Shown here: positions 1 to 10,044 of the stretch, in pieces
Layout of the letters: each line of letters begins with the position of its first letter
Numbering within the stretch: the first letter of the stretch is position 1
IMG/VR virus record: IMGVR_UViG_3300037785_000045
Span: 1 to 36,739 of that record
Length of the DNA: 36,739 nucleotides
From: a virus
Taxonomy: Duplodnaviria > Caudoviricetes
Strand: one strand, 5' to 3'
Made by a program: the position numbers and the translations under genes
Notes under the pieces: model-generated
What the model saw: only the letters and a program-made list of their open reading frames with translations
Told to the model about the DNA's origin: nothing
Database searches by the model: none

Positions 1-8
1 GAATGCTG
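1..8. repeat. Terminal overlap (GAATGCTG) identical to 36732-36739; circular assembly junction
   Basis: First and last 8 nt are identical, and merging them keeps the ORF from 36490 in frame through to TAA at 251-253. Confidence 0.9.
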
Positions 9-253
9 ACGGCACATACTCTGCTGTTGACGCTGACGCTTTTGCAAATGACATCGATGTCAACGCGGCGGCGGTTGCACCAGCTGAATATCGTTTCAGT
101 GCGAAGGGTATTGAGACAGCTTTACAGCCTCTTTATGAGCTTGCTGGATTGTCTGCTCGCCCTGACTATGCTGACCTATATGTATCTCTTACAACAGATA
201 CAGGTACAACGGCAGAGGGCACAGTATTCATGAAGGTTGAATACACGCACTAA
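2..253 (+). CDS. 3' part of putative capsid cement/decoration protein (Bbp16-like position), continuing from 36490 across the junction
   Basis: Frame 2 is open from 2 (NADGTYSAVDADAFANDIDV...VFMKVEYTH*) to TAA at 251-253. It lies directly after the MCP and is followed by a terminator. Confidence 0.75.
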   Translation, partial: NADGTYSAVDADAFANDIDVNAAAVAPAEYRFSAKGIETALQPLYELAGLSARPDYADLYVSLTTDTGTTAEGTVFMKVEYTH

Positions 254-258
254 AGTAA

Positions 259-301
259 TAGCGTAGGGGGTCTTCGTCTCCATCCCCTACGCTACATTTT
301 T
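259..301 (+). terminator. Rho-independent terminator after the capsid/cement genes
   Basis: 11-bp stem TAGCGTAGGGG (259-269) / CCCCTACGCTA (284-294) followed by CATTTTT. Confidence 0.8.
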
Positions 302-315
302 ATCAGGAGGAAGCC

Positions 316-909
316 TTGGCTAGTAAGACAGATATTGTTAATAGAGCGCTCTCGAAGTTGGGTGAGACAAGAACATCCAACGTAGATAATGAGGATACAA
401 AAAAAGCTAGGGTTATGTCCTATATGTGGGATCAGGTATTAGATGCTACTCTAGCCGCCTATCCTTGGAACTTTGCAGTCAAGCGCCGTTCCCTTGCAAA
501 AGATGCACAAGCCCCTGATTGGGGTTTTAATAATGCTTATACGTTACCTAGCGACTTTCTCACACTTATTGAAATAAACAACAATCCAGAGTATAGATTA
601 GAGGGTGGTAAAATTCTGACGGATGAGAACGCCCCATTAAAGATTAAATATGTTTTTAGAGAAACGAACACTGGTAATTTTGAGGCTTTATTCTCTGAGG
701 TGTTAGCGACTCGTCTTGCTTATGAGGCTTGCGAAGAATTGACGCAAAGCAATACAAAAAAACAGATTCTAGCTCAAGAGCTTAGAGAAAGAATCACTGA
801 GGCGTATGCAAGTGATAGTATTCAAAACCAGCCTGTTGAGCGCCCTGATGACGAATGGTTGACATCTAGGGAATTTTATTTTGATGAAATAGATTACAAT
901 TCGGGGTAA
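316..909 (+). CDS. Tail tubular protein A / adaptor (T7 gp11-like)
   Basis: 'DIVNRALSKLG', 'YPWNFAVKR' and 'YTLPSDFL' motifs; AGGAGG RBS before a TTG start; position after capsid genes. Confidence 0.85.
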   Translation: MASKTDIVNRALSKLGETRTSNVDNEDTKKARVMSYMWDQVLDATLAAYPWNFAVKRRSLAKDAQAPDWGFNNAYTLPSDFLTLIEINNNPEYRLEGGKILTDENAPLKIKYVFRETNTGNFEALFSEVLATRLAYEACEELTQSNTKKQILAQELRERITEAYASDSIQNQPVERPDDEWLTSREFYFDEIDYNSG

Positions 910-914
910 GCGGT

Positions 915-3221
915 ATGGCTAAGGCTAGTCCAATAAAAACATCATTCAACGCGGGTCAGTGGTCTGGTTTGATGGGCGGGCAAATACTTCTTGAGAAGTA
1001 TGGTGATAGCTGCTCTGTTTTAGAGAATCTTATTCCTTTGAAGCAAGGCCCTGTTGTTAGGCGCGGTGGTACAAGGTTTATCAAGGAAGTCAAGACAAGC
1101 TCCAAGGATACTGTGCTAATACCTTTTCAATTCAATGTTGAACAAGCGTATATGATTGAGATGGGAGATTCCTATTTCAGGTTTTATAAGGACAACGGCG
1201 CTATTGTTGAGTCCTCTCAAAACATTACTGGAATAACACAAGCTAACCCTGCGGTGGTTACTGTCACAGGTCATGGCTATAGTAATGGGGATGAGGTTTA
1301 TATTGATGCTGTTGTAGGCATGACTGAGGTTAATGGGAAATATTTCCGTGTTGCCAATGTGACTGCGAACACATTTGAAATACAAGATATAGACCTTAAT
1401 GACATAGATAGTACAGCATATAGTGCATACACTTCTGGAGGCACTGCTTCACGAGTCTATGAAGTATCAAGCCCATATAGCGATACTGACTTACTTGATT
1501 CAGATAAGATTGCGAATTATCAGTTTGCTCAAAGCGCGGATGTTTTGTATTTAGTACACCCTGATTATGCGCCTAGATCACTATCAAGGTCAGGGGATAC
1601 ATCATGGAATGTGCAGGAAATGAATTTCGTTGATGGGCCATATTTCCCAGAGAATACAACGGACACCACATTAACGCTCTCAGGAACGACAGGAAGTGTC
1701 ACAGTAACCGCAAGCGCCGTAACAGGGATTAATGATGGGTCAGGATTTTTGAATACGGATGTGGGTCGATTGATTCGATGGAAAGATGATGCGAATGAAT
1801 GGACGTGGTTAAAAATTACTGCGGTCGGCGGCACGACTTCTGTTACGGCTGATATACTTGGACAAGATGCTTCGGCTACTACGGCAACAAAATCTTGGAG
1901 GCTTGGCCTGTATTCAGAGACAACAGGCTATCCAAGCGCTATAACATTTTTCCAGAATAGGGTTGTTCTATGTGGCAGCGCGTCACGGCCTGACAGGTAT
2001 GACTTAACGGCGAGTGGGGGGTATTCTGATGCAGAGTTTACGTTCTCCCCTAGTGATCCAGACGGCACAGTCACGGATGATGCTGGAATTAATGGCACGT
2101 TGCAGTCTGGTCAGGTGAACGCTATTCAGTGGGCTGACACGGACGATAGGGGGCTGGTGATAGGCACGCGGTCAAGAGAGTGGATTGTTCGCCCCTCAAC
2201 AACCAATGAGGTACTTACTCCATCGAATGCCAAGGCTGATCCATTCAGCTCTATTGGTTCAAGCGCAGTAAGGCCTGTGCGTGCTGAGAATGGAACTATC
2301 TTTGTTCAACGTTCTCGCCGTAAGGTACTCGATGTTATTTACAGTTTTGAGCGTGATCAGTTAAAGCCTAGGGATTTAACCATAACGTCTGACGATATTA
2401 CCATATCTGGTGTGTGTGAGATGTCATTTCAGCAAGAGCCACTAAATGTAGTGTGGATGAGATTAACGAACGGAAAGCTTGTTGGTTTAACATATTATCC
2501 TGACGAAAATGTTTATGCGTTTCATCCTCATATTATTGGAGGCACTGACTCTAAGGTAGTGAGTATATCTACGATTCCGAGTGCAAGTGCTGACCGCGAT
2601 GAATTGTGGATGATTGTTGAGAGAACAATTAATGGTGTCACAAGAAAATACGTTGAGTATATGACGCGCTATTATGAATCAGATATTGGAATTTCAAACG
2701 CTTTCCATGTTGACTCTGGACTTTCTTACAGTGGCGCAGCTACTGGAACAGTTAGTGGGCTAGATCACATCGAGGGGGAGACTGTTAATGTCCTTGTAGA
2801 TGGCAAGACGCACCCACAGCTAACCGTATCCAACGGAGCTATAGAGCTTCTTAATAACGTGACTGCAAGTACAATTCAGGTCGGCTTGCCTAATACTTGG
2901 TGTTTGGTTACACAGAGAATAGAAGCAGGGGCTAAGGACGGAACAGCACAAGGTAAAACAAAAAGAATAACAAGATTTGTCGTCAGGTTGCTAGAGACGC
3001 TTGGGCTTCATTACGGAGAAAGTAAAACATCTTTTGATGAGTATGATTTTAATTTAAATAAAGAATATGACGAGGACATTGTTCTATTCACAGGAGATAC
3101 GGAAAGCTTGCCGTTCCCTGATGGGTATAATCAAGATGGCAAAATATACATGGGGCATGATGGCGCTCACCCAGCTTGTGTATTAGCTATTATGCCACAA
3201 GTTACAACGCAGGATAGGTAG
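915..3221 (+). CDS. Tail tubular protein B / nozzle (T7 gp12-like) with an inserted FCCH-like beta domain
   Basis: 'SFNAG...RRGGT.F', 'QSADVLYLVHPDY.PR.L.R' and 'GYPSAITFFQNR' motifs; 768 aa; 'ITGITQANPAVVTVTGHGYSNGD' insert. Confidence 0.85.
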   Translation: MAKASPIKTSFNAGQWSGLMGGQILLEKYGDSCSVLENLIPLKQGPVVRRGGTRFIKEVKTSSKDTVLIPFQFNVEQAYMIEMGDSYFRFYKDNGAIVESSQNITGITQANPAVVTVTGHGYSNGDEVYIDAVVGMTEVNGKYFRVANVTANTFEIQDIDLNDIDSTAYSAYTSGGTASRVYEVSSPYSDTDLLDSDKIANYQFAQSADVLYLVHPDYAPRSLSRSGDTSWNVQEMNFVDGPYFPENTTDTTLTLSGTTGSVTVTASAVTGINDGSGFLNTDVGRLIRWKDDANEWTWLKITAVGGTTSVTADILGQDASATTATKSWRLGLYSETTGYPSAITFFQNRVVLCGSASRPDRYDLTASGGYSDAEFTFSPSDPDGTVTDDAGINGTLQSGQVNAIQWADTDDRGLVIGTRSREWIVRPSTTNEVLTPSNAKADPFSSIGSSAVRPVRAENGTIFVQRSRRKVLDVIYSFERDQLKPRDLTITSDDITISGVCEMSFQQEPLNVVWMRLTNGKLVGLTYYPDENVYAFHPHIIGGTDSKVVSISTIPSASADRDELWMIVERTINGVTRKYVEYMTRYYESDIGISNAFHVDSGLSYSGAATGTVSGLDHIEGETVNVLVDGKTHPQLTVSNGAIELLNNVTASTIQVGLPNTWCLVTQRIEAGAKDGTAQGKTKRITRFVVRLLETLGLHYGESKTSFDEYDFNLNKEYDEDIVLFTGDTESLPFPDGYNQDGKIYMGHDGAHPACVLAIMPQVTTQDR

Positions 3222-3653
3222 ATGATAGTTGTTCCATTTATCAAAGAACATTTAGATGGTTTTGAGCCGCATGAATACCATCCTGATATGACTAATCAGA
3301 TGCAAGACGCATTATCAAGCGCAGTCGTTTCACAGTTAGCTTGGACAGGCATTGTTGACGGTAAGGTTATGATTATTGCTGGGATACAACCCATTACCAA
3401 TTCCAGAGATTATGCGTGGTCAATGTTGTCAAAAGATTCTGGGAAGCACATGCTCTCTATTGTAAGGGAGTTAAAAGAGTTTTTAAATTCATACTCTGCT
3501 CCACGCCTAGAGATGTTAGTGTTGCATAGATTTGAACAAGGTCACAAGATGGCTAAGATGTTGGGCTTTCATAATGAAACGCCTAGTGGTATGATTAATT
3601 ATAGTGACGATGGGGAAACATATAGTTTATATGCAAAGGTAAGACATGGCTGA
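3222..3653 (+). CDS. GNAT-fold internal virion/assembly protein (T7 gp13-like)
   Basis: Position after the nozzle gene; 'MAKMLGF..E' GNAT-like C-terminus; 143 aa. Confidence 0.6.
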   Translation: MIVVPFIKEHLDGFEPHEYHPDMTNQMQDALSSAVVSQLAWTGIVDGKVMIIAGIQPITNSRDYAWSMLSKDSGKHMLSIVRELKEFLNSYSAPRLEMLVLHRFEQGHKMAKMLGFHNETPSGMINYSDDGETYSLYAKVRHG

Positions 3654-4176
3654 TCCAGTAACACTCGCCGTTATATCGGCTGGAACAAAATTCTTAGGTG
3701 GGATTGCACAATCCAACGCGCAGCAGTCACAGTATGCTGCACAAGCAAGGGCGGCTGAGTATAACGCACAGATTGCAAGACAGAACGCTGCGACAGTCCA
3801 ATCGCAAACAGAAGCTCAATTAGAAACACAAGATAGGGAGCGCCGTTTACGTTTAGGGGCATCTATGGCTGCGGCTGGCGCAAGTGGTTTAGATACTTCT
3901 GGTTTTGGTGATATTCTATCCTCAAGTGCAGCGCAAGAGCAGTTGGATTTACTGACATTGCAGAGTGAAGGTATGTTAAAAAAGAGGGGCTTTGAGTCTG
4001 AGGCAGCTATGCAATCAGCAACGGCTCAGTCTATTAAGTCTCAAGCAAAATTAAGTAAGGCGGCTTCGGTCATGAGCGGGATATCTAGCATGGCCTCAAT
4101 GGGCGCTGGTGGATTTGGTGGTGGCTCAACAGGTGGGGCAGACCCAAATAATCTTGACGTTTATTGGAAGGTGTAA
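3646..4176 (+). CDS. Internal virion (ejection) protein, gp14-like
   Basis: 'MADPVTLAV' start, Ala/Gln-rich helical body with 'AAGASG', Gly-rich C-terminus; gene order. Confidence 0.7.
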   Translation: MADPVTLAVISAGTKFLGGIAQSNAQQSQYAAQARAAEYNAQIARQNAATVQSQTEAQLETQDRERRLRLGASMAAAGASGLDTSGFGDILSSSAAQEQLDLLTLQSEGMLKKRGFESEAAMQSATAQSIKSQAKLSKAASVMSGISSMASMGAGGFGGGSTGGADPNNLDVYWKV

Positions 4177-4178
4177 GT

Positions 4179-6257
4179 ATGCCAGTAATTAAGCAATACA
4201 CGAGGACTGTAAACCCAACGCAGCTAGACAGGTCACAAGCAACGGCGGCGGCGTTTGGTGGGGATCAGTCTGGGTTAAGACAGTTGGCTGGAGAGTTTTC
4301 GGAATTATCCGCGCAACTTGAATTAAAGAAGCGCAAGCAAGAGGAGAGCGATTATATCGCAAAAGTTTCGCAGTTTGAGCTAGAAAATATGCGGAGATTG
4401 GATGAGCTAAAGTCACAGGAGTTCGAGGATGGTGTTGACTTCTCAGAGGTTTATGCCAGTGATGTTCGCGCTCGTGCAGAGGCTCTTGATGTTCCTGCGT
4501 CTATGCGAGACAGATGGAGGCAGGACTCGTCTTCGATGCAGATACAATTTGCCAAACAAGGTATTAATGAGCAATCAAGACGCGAAGGTGTAAAGGCCAA
4601 GCTTAACTTTGAGAATACAGTTGACGCGGCACGCAATATGATTGCGATTGACCCTTCTAGGTATTATGAAGCTACAGATTTAGTGACACAGCAAGTTGGC
4701 TCTATGGCTGGGTTAAATGAAATAGATAGGGTGGCCGTTCTTGATGGTGCGATTGATGGGCTAAATGCGACTTATGCAAATGGAATTATTGAGAAGAATC
4801 CGTACCAATTTGACAAGATGATTAATGAAGGGAAGTTTAAGGACTTACCTAACTTGCAGAAGTTTATTGCTAGGTCAGATGCAAAAAAGAAACAGATTGT
4901 CGCTAAGCAACAAAGCGCTATCATGTCAGAGTACAAAAACTATAATAAGTTTTTGACAATGGGGATTGGTTTCAATTCAGACAAGGCAAAAGAAATTGAA
5001 AGACAGGCAAGGGCAGCGGGCATGAACGATGTGGCTGACGATATTGCTTTTACAGAATCGGTTAAGCAAGAGGTAACACAGTTTGCCCAAGCACCTATGC
5101 CTAATCAGCAAGCGGCTTTAGAACAAGCGATGGTTTACTTGCAAGATAATCCAACGCCAGAAAACCTAAAGCGCTATGGTATGTTGGCGAAGTCGTATGA
5201 AGAAAAAACAAAAATTCTAAAGAACGGTGATGCACTAGACTATTACCAGAATATTAACGTTATTCCTGAGATAGCGCCCATAGATGTGACAGATGTGTCC
5301 AGCGTTTTGCAGGGGCTTGATGATAGAAAATCAGCGCAAAGGATAATTGCAGAGCGCGAGGGATTTTCTATTCCCATTTTAAAGAAAGAAGAAGTTAAAG
5401 CGATTCAGCAGCACTTTGATAGTCTACCGGCGCAAGAGAAAACTAACTACGTTATTGAGATTGCAAATACGGTTGGAGAGAAAGACGCTGGCATGATAGC
5501 CGCCCTTGTTTCGGGTGAGGATGCAAACCTTGCTGCTGTTTTATCTGTTGCAGTTGAAAATCCAAAAGCAGTTCAGGATTCTATCCTTGGACAGCAGAGG
5601 ACAAAGATGTCCTCACGAAAAGAAGTCTCGCGCCTTGTTAATACGGAATTAATGGGAACAGGCGTTGATGCGGTAACAGCAGAACAGTTCACGGACATGC
5701 TGCACAATATTTACGAAGAACGCCTTATTAAAAGCGGAGAGCCTGACCTAGATGTGTTTAATGAGGATTTAATGTCAGAAGTTATGGATGATGTTATAGG
5801 GCCACGCATATCGCCTAACAGTTCAAAGGTTTTGTCGTTTAGAAAGAATGATGGTCAGTATATAAGCGAAGGTCAGTTTGAAACATTAATGTCAAAGACA
5901 ACTCCAGAAGCTTTATCGGATATATTTGGAAATGCGCCATCACTCAGTGGCTCTGGTGTTCGTATGTCAAATGAACAGCTACAAGATTTCTTTGACGACT
6001 TTTCTTTAGTGAATGTTGGCGATGGTGTTTACAACCTAGTAAATCCTAATGACCCCAATCAGGTGGTTGTTGGTATGGATGGCAGGCCTTTTATGTTTGA
6101 TTTTAAGAAGCTGTCTAGCGTGATTGATTCTCGCACTTCTTTTGAAAAGTCAGTTGACGCTAATGTTCCGTTTACAGCAATGAAAGCAGTAATAGAACAA
6201 AAGTTTGGCGATATCGACACACGCCCACTTCCAAACGCTTTAGAATATGAGGAGTAA
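4179..6257 (+). CDS. Internal virion (ejection) protein, gp15-like
   Basis: Large helical protein starting 'MPVIKQY'; ATG at 4179 just after the upstream stop preferred over the TTG at 4164; gene order. Confidence 0.65.
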   Translation: MPVIKQYTRTVNPTQLDRSQATAAAFGGDQSGLRQLAGEFSELSAQLELKKRKQEESDYIAKVSQFELENMRRLDELKSQEFEDGVDFSEVYASDVRARAEALDVPASMRDRWRQDSSSMQIQFAKQGINEQSRREGVKAKLNFENTVDAARNMIAIDPSRYYEATDLVTQQVGSMAGLNEIDRVAVLDGAIDGLNATYANGIIEKNPYQFDKMINEGKFKDLPNLQKFIARSDAKKKQIVAKQQSAIMSEYKNYNKFLTMGIGFNSDKAKEIERQARAAGMNDVADDIAFTESVKQEVTQFAQAPMPNQQAALEQAMVYLQDNPTPENLKRYGMLAKSYEEKTKILKNGDALDYYQNINVIPEIAPIDVTDVSSVLQGLDDRKSAQRIIAEREGFSIPILKKEEVKAIQQHFDSLPAQEKTNYVIEIANTVGEKDAGMIAALVSGEDANLAAVLSVAVENPKAVQDSILGQQRTKMSSRKEVSRLVNTELMGTGVDAVTAEQFTDMLHNIYEERLIKSGEPDLDVFNEDLMSEVMDDVIGPRISPNSSKVLSFRKNDGQYISEGQFETLMSKTTPEALSDIFGNAPSLSGSGVRMSNEQLQDFFDDFSLVNVGDGVYNLVNPNDPNQVVVGMDGRPFMFDFKKLSSVIDSRTSFEKSVDANVPFTAMKAVIEQKFGDIDTRPLPNALEYEE

Positions 6258-6260
6258 TTA

Positions 6261-7508
6261 ATGGGTGCAGGATCGCTTATTAATACAGGGAATCAGAATC
6301 CATACACTTCTGCGGCAAAGCATGAGCCACAGTCTTTGATGGAGGTCACAGGATCGGCAGTTAATGCTTACCTGAAAAATTACAATTCTGTATCAGGATA
6401 TTTTTTAGAGAGAGACCAGATAAACCAACAGTATGATTCTTTCAAGAAAATTACTGGTCAGCCGTTGGAAGATATAATTGGGCGCGATTTCTATAACAGC
6501 AAAGAACGCTGGCGCAAAACGGATGAATATATCTTAGAGCAGCGCAATGTGCAGCAGAACGCGCTTTGGAATAATGTAAAGACGACAGAGGAAATGCGTG
6601 AGGCTGCACGTCAAGAGGCTAGAGAAGCGCGTGTTGAGCTAGAGGAAAAGAAGGAAGTCACGGCAAAGAGCATTGGTATTGCTGGTGAAATAATTGGTGG
6701 TATTGGTGCATCAATGACCGATCCTGCGATTATTGCGAGTGGTGTTGCTGGTGGTGTTTTAGCGCGTGGTCAGACTGTATTGAGGACAATGGCGATTGAG
6801 GGCGTTGTTGCTGGTGGTACGGAGGCTGCGTTGCAACCTATTATCGCTGACTGGCAGAAACAAACAGGCGCAGAATACACGTTAGGGGATGCTCTTGCTA
6901 ATGTTGCACTTGGTGCTGTAGCTGGCGCTGGTATAGCTGGGATTACAAGCAGCAACCTAAAAGGCGCAATTAACGCCACGCGCAATAAGGGTAGCGTTCT
7001 TATGCAAGTGGCAGCAGAATCTCCAAAGACTCCCAGGTATGCGAAGGTAGCGCTAGAGCAAATGGCTGATTATGTATCTCTGAAAGAAGCCTCACCTTTT
7101 CTGGATAAGTCTCCAAGGACAGATGCAGTACATGCGAAAAATGCAAAAGCAATCGAAGACGCATTTAATGCAAGGAAAAAAGCTAGTGAGGCAGAGATTG
7201 ATGTTGCTTCTGGTAAGGTGGTCGATAGTGCTGTTGGCAAAGCATCGCCTGATATTGAGCCTGATTTTGTAAAGCCAGAAACAGAAATGTCAGTTAGGGA
7301 TTTGAGAAACGCACCTTCGCGCGTTATTGATGATAAAGATTTAGACGCTATAATAGCAGAAGAAGGACGCTTGTTTGATGAGATATCACAGGGGCAACTT
7401 GATAAGCTAGATACGGTTGATGATTTAGAGCTTAACGTACAAGATGTTCAGGATCGAGTTTCATCTAATCAAAAGATACTAGACGCTATAAAGGTTTGTT
7501 CAATATGA
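6261..7508 (+). CDS. Internal virion protein with Gly/Ala-rich hydrophobic segments
   Basis: 415 aa; 'GGIGASMTDP' and 'ANVALGAVAGAGIAG' segments typical of ejection proteins. Confidence 0.6.
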   Translation: MGAGSLINTGNQNPYTSAAKHEPQSLMEVTGSAVNAYLKNYNSVSGYFLERDQINQQYDSFKKITGQPLEDIIGRDFYNSKERWRKTDEYILEQRNVQQNALWNNVKTTEEMREAARQEAREARVELEEKKEVTAKSIGIAGEIIGGIGASMTDPAIIASGVAGGVLARGQTVLRTMAIEGVVAGGTEAALQPIIADWQKQTGAEYTLGDALANVALGAVAGAGIAGITSSNLKGAINATRNKGSVLMQVAAESPKTPRYAKVALEQMADYVSLKEASPFLDKSPRTDAVHAKNAKAIEDAFNARKKASEAEIDVASGKVVDSAVGKASPDIEPDFVKPETEMSVRDLRNAPSRVIDDKDLDAIIAEEGRLFDEISQGQLDKLDTVDDLELNVQDVQDRVSSNQKILDAIKVCSI

Positions 7509-10003
7509 GTTTTAAAGAGTGTATTGCAAAAAATATTGGAACAGCCGATGAGCTTACAGCAAGGCAGCGTGACGATCTGTTAAAGCAGTATGACGATTTG
7601 TATGATAAGTATTCCCAAACTCTTGGAGAAGAATACGCAGAACAAGCGGCTAGGGATTTTGTCGCGGTGAAACAGCAGCAGATCCTTGATGAGAATAGGG
7701 CGGCGAAAAAGCATATTGTCATGCAGAAGCAGTTAAGGTCAAAACTTGAAGGACAACTTGCAGAGAAGGAAAAGTCGTACTCAAAATTAAACAAGGCCGC
7801 TAAAGCTGTAGAAAGAAAGCCCTCTATACACCATGAGATAGGTGATTTGTATCAAGATGTAATGACACGTCAGGATACGATAACAAGAACGTCAATGATT
7901 AAAATTGTTGATTTTTTTGATGAACACGCCAGTCGTATGGCTGGGTTTATTCAGGATACAGAAAACTTACCAAATGTTGTTCGCGCTATTATGGGCGATA
8001 GAACTGGCAATGATGCGGCTGATATACATGGTCAAAAAATCAGAGAGCTGTTTGATGAGATACACACTATGTATAGACAAGCTGGTGGTAGCCTTGGAAA
8101 GATTGATAATTACTTTCCAGTGCATCACAACAAAGTAAAAATACAGGACGCATCGTTTGATGAGTGGAAAGATTATATGCTTCCGTTACTTGATAGGGAG
8201 CGGATGATAGACCTTGATACTGGACTTCCTATGGGCGATAAAGAGCTTATTGAGCAGATGAAGGGTGACTATGACGCTATCATTACAAACGGCATGTCAG
8301 ACATGGCACAGCGCTTGGACGAAGGAAAAGTAACAAGTGGGCGTGGGGGTGATGTATTCAAGAGAAAACAGCAGGGAAGGTTCTATCACTTCAAAGACCC
8401 TGACGCATTTTTAGAGTACAATGGTAAGTTCGGTTTTGATAATGGTGAGGGTTTATACAACGCGATTACAGGCCATATAGCTGGCATGGCTAGAGATATA
8501 GCTCTCATGCAAAAGCTAGGCCCTAAGCCAAACGCTATGGCTCGATACTTTGATTTTATGATGGAAGCAAAAGGAGTCGGACAAAATCAGCGTAGGTTTG
8601 TTAATGGCTCGTATAACCTTATGTCTGGTCGATATGGAGATATGACAACAGCCAGTTTGCTTTACAGAATGGTTGAAGGTTCTAAGTCTTTAGCAAGGTT
8701 CTTTCTTGGTAGCGCAACCATTTCTGCTGTTACTGACACAGCCTTTGTTCGCATGGCTCTAAAGATGAATGGGTTTAAAGAGGTTAAAGCAATCAAAAGA
8801 TACTTCTCTGGATTGAACCCAGCCGATAAAAGAACACAGAGGAGTATGCAAAGATTCACCACTGTAATGTCGCACGTTAATAGTCAGTCATTACAGGGCG
8901 CTAGGTTTATGGACGATGTAACAACAAATGGCGGCAAGGTCTTGCAATCTGTAAACTTTGTATCTAACGCTATTTTGCGTGCTAGTGGACTAGGAAAGCT
9001 GACTGACCAAGGGCGAATGGCTGTTATGGAAGCAGCTATGGGTGAGTTTGATGAATTTAGAATATCAAATACTCAATGGTCAAGCGTTGATAGTAATATG
9101 AAAGCGCTTATGAAAAGGTACGGACTTGGAAAAAAAGAGTTTGATATTATTAAAAAATCCGTTCCTTATGATGATGAAAGCGGTCAAGCATTGCCCTTTA
9201 TAACAGGTGGAAATATTTTAGATATTGAGGGCGTTGATAAAAAAACGCTACTAGATATATCAGTGTCATATGATGATATGATTACGCATCTTTCTAATCA
9301 GGCGGTCAACGAGCCGACACTGAGGACACGCACGATCACCACTGGGGCCGCTATGGGTGAAGCGCAAACAGGATCGGCACTTAGAGGAACTGTATCTGCG
9401 CTTATGGCATTTAAGTCGTTCCCTATTACGGTTATGCAGAACTTCCTTTTCCCCTTGGCTAGACAGGCTGCAACAGGTGATAGGCAAGCAATGCTTAACA
9501 TGGCAACAACCTTTGCGTTTACAACCATTGTTGGCGGCATGGTGGTTCAAGCTAAGATATTAAACAGGGGTGAAACTCCAAGAGATATGGATGACCCTAA
9601 GTTTTGGATGGCTGCTGCTATGCAGGGCGGTGGCATGGGGATTTTTGGTGATTTTTTATTTGATGATTATAGTCGATTTGGAAAAAGCCTAGCCTCCACA
9701 TTGGGAGGCCCTGTTGTTCAAACTTGGGGCGATGCCCTTAGAGCCGTCCAAGGAAACATGGTTCGCGCTATTGACTCCGAGCAAGAGACTAAATTCATAA
9801 ACGACTCGTGGAATGTGGTTAAGAAATTTATTCCTGCTGCAACGCTGTGGTATGTCAGACTGCCCATGGAAAGAATTATGATTAATTCAGTTGATGAGCT
9901 TCTTGATCCTGATTTTAAAAAGAAGGTACGCCGCAAAGAATCCGCACTCAGAAAACAGGGGCAAGAGTATTGGTGGAGTCCTGAGGATAGGTTGCCTGAG
10001 TAA
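7505..10003 (+). CDS. Large internal virion/ejection protein (gp16-like C-terminal region)
   Basis: ATGA overlap with the upstream stop at 7505-7508; 'NYFPVHH', 'FKSFPIT' and 'QGGGMGIFGDFLF' motifs, and a 'QEYWWSP' end typical of this family. Confidence 0.7.
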   Translation: MSFKECIAKNIGTADELTARQRDDLLKQYDDLYDKYSQTLGEEYAEQAARDFVAVKQQQILDENRAAKKHIVMQKQLRSKLEGQLAEKEKSYSKLNKAAKAVERKPSIHHEIGDLYQDVMTRQDTITRTSMIKIVDFFDEHASRMAGFIQDTENLPNVVRAIMGDRTGNDAADIHGQKIRELFDEIHTMYRQAGGSLGKIDNYFPVHHNKVKIQDASFDEWKDYMLPLLDRERMIDLDTGLPMGDKELIEQMKGDYDAIITNGMSDMAQRLDEGKVTSGRGGDVFKRKQQGRFYHFKDPDAFLEYNGKFGFDNGEGLYNAITGHIAGMARDIALMQKLGPKPNAMARYFDFMMEAKGVGQNQRRFVNGSYNLMSGRYGDMTTASLLYRMVEGSKSLARFFLGSATISAVTDTAFVRMALKMNGFKEVKAIKRYFSGLNPADKRTQRSMQRFTTVMSHVNSQSLQGARFMDDVTTNGGKVLQSVNFVSNAILRASGLGKLTDQGRMAVMEAAMGEFDEFRISNTQWSSVDSNMKALMKRYGLGKKEFDIIKKSVPYDDESGQALPFITGGNILDIEGVDKKTLLDISVSYDDMITHLSNQAVNEPTLRTRTITTGAAMGEAQTGSALRGTVSALMAFKSFPITVMQNFLFPLARQAATGDRQAMLNMATTFAFTTIVGGMVVQAKILNRGETPRDMDDPKFWMAAAMQGGGMGIFGDFLFDDYSRFGKSLASTLGGPVVQTWGDALRAVQGNMVRAIDSEQETKFINDSWNVVKKFIPAATLWYVRLPMERIMINSVDELLDPDFKKKVRRKESALRKQGQEYWWSPEDRLPE

Positions 10004-10044
10004 TAGTGTTGATATAATATTGTAATAACGACAAGGAATTAGAC

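Noticed and set aside
3-233. 76-aa ORF in the track
   Set aside because: Shadow frame; the likely gene is frame 2, continuing from 36490 across the circular junction.
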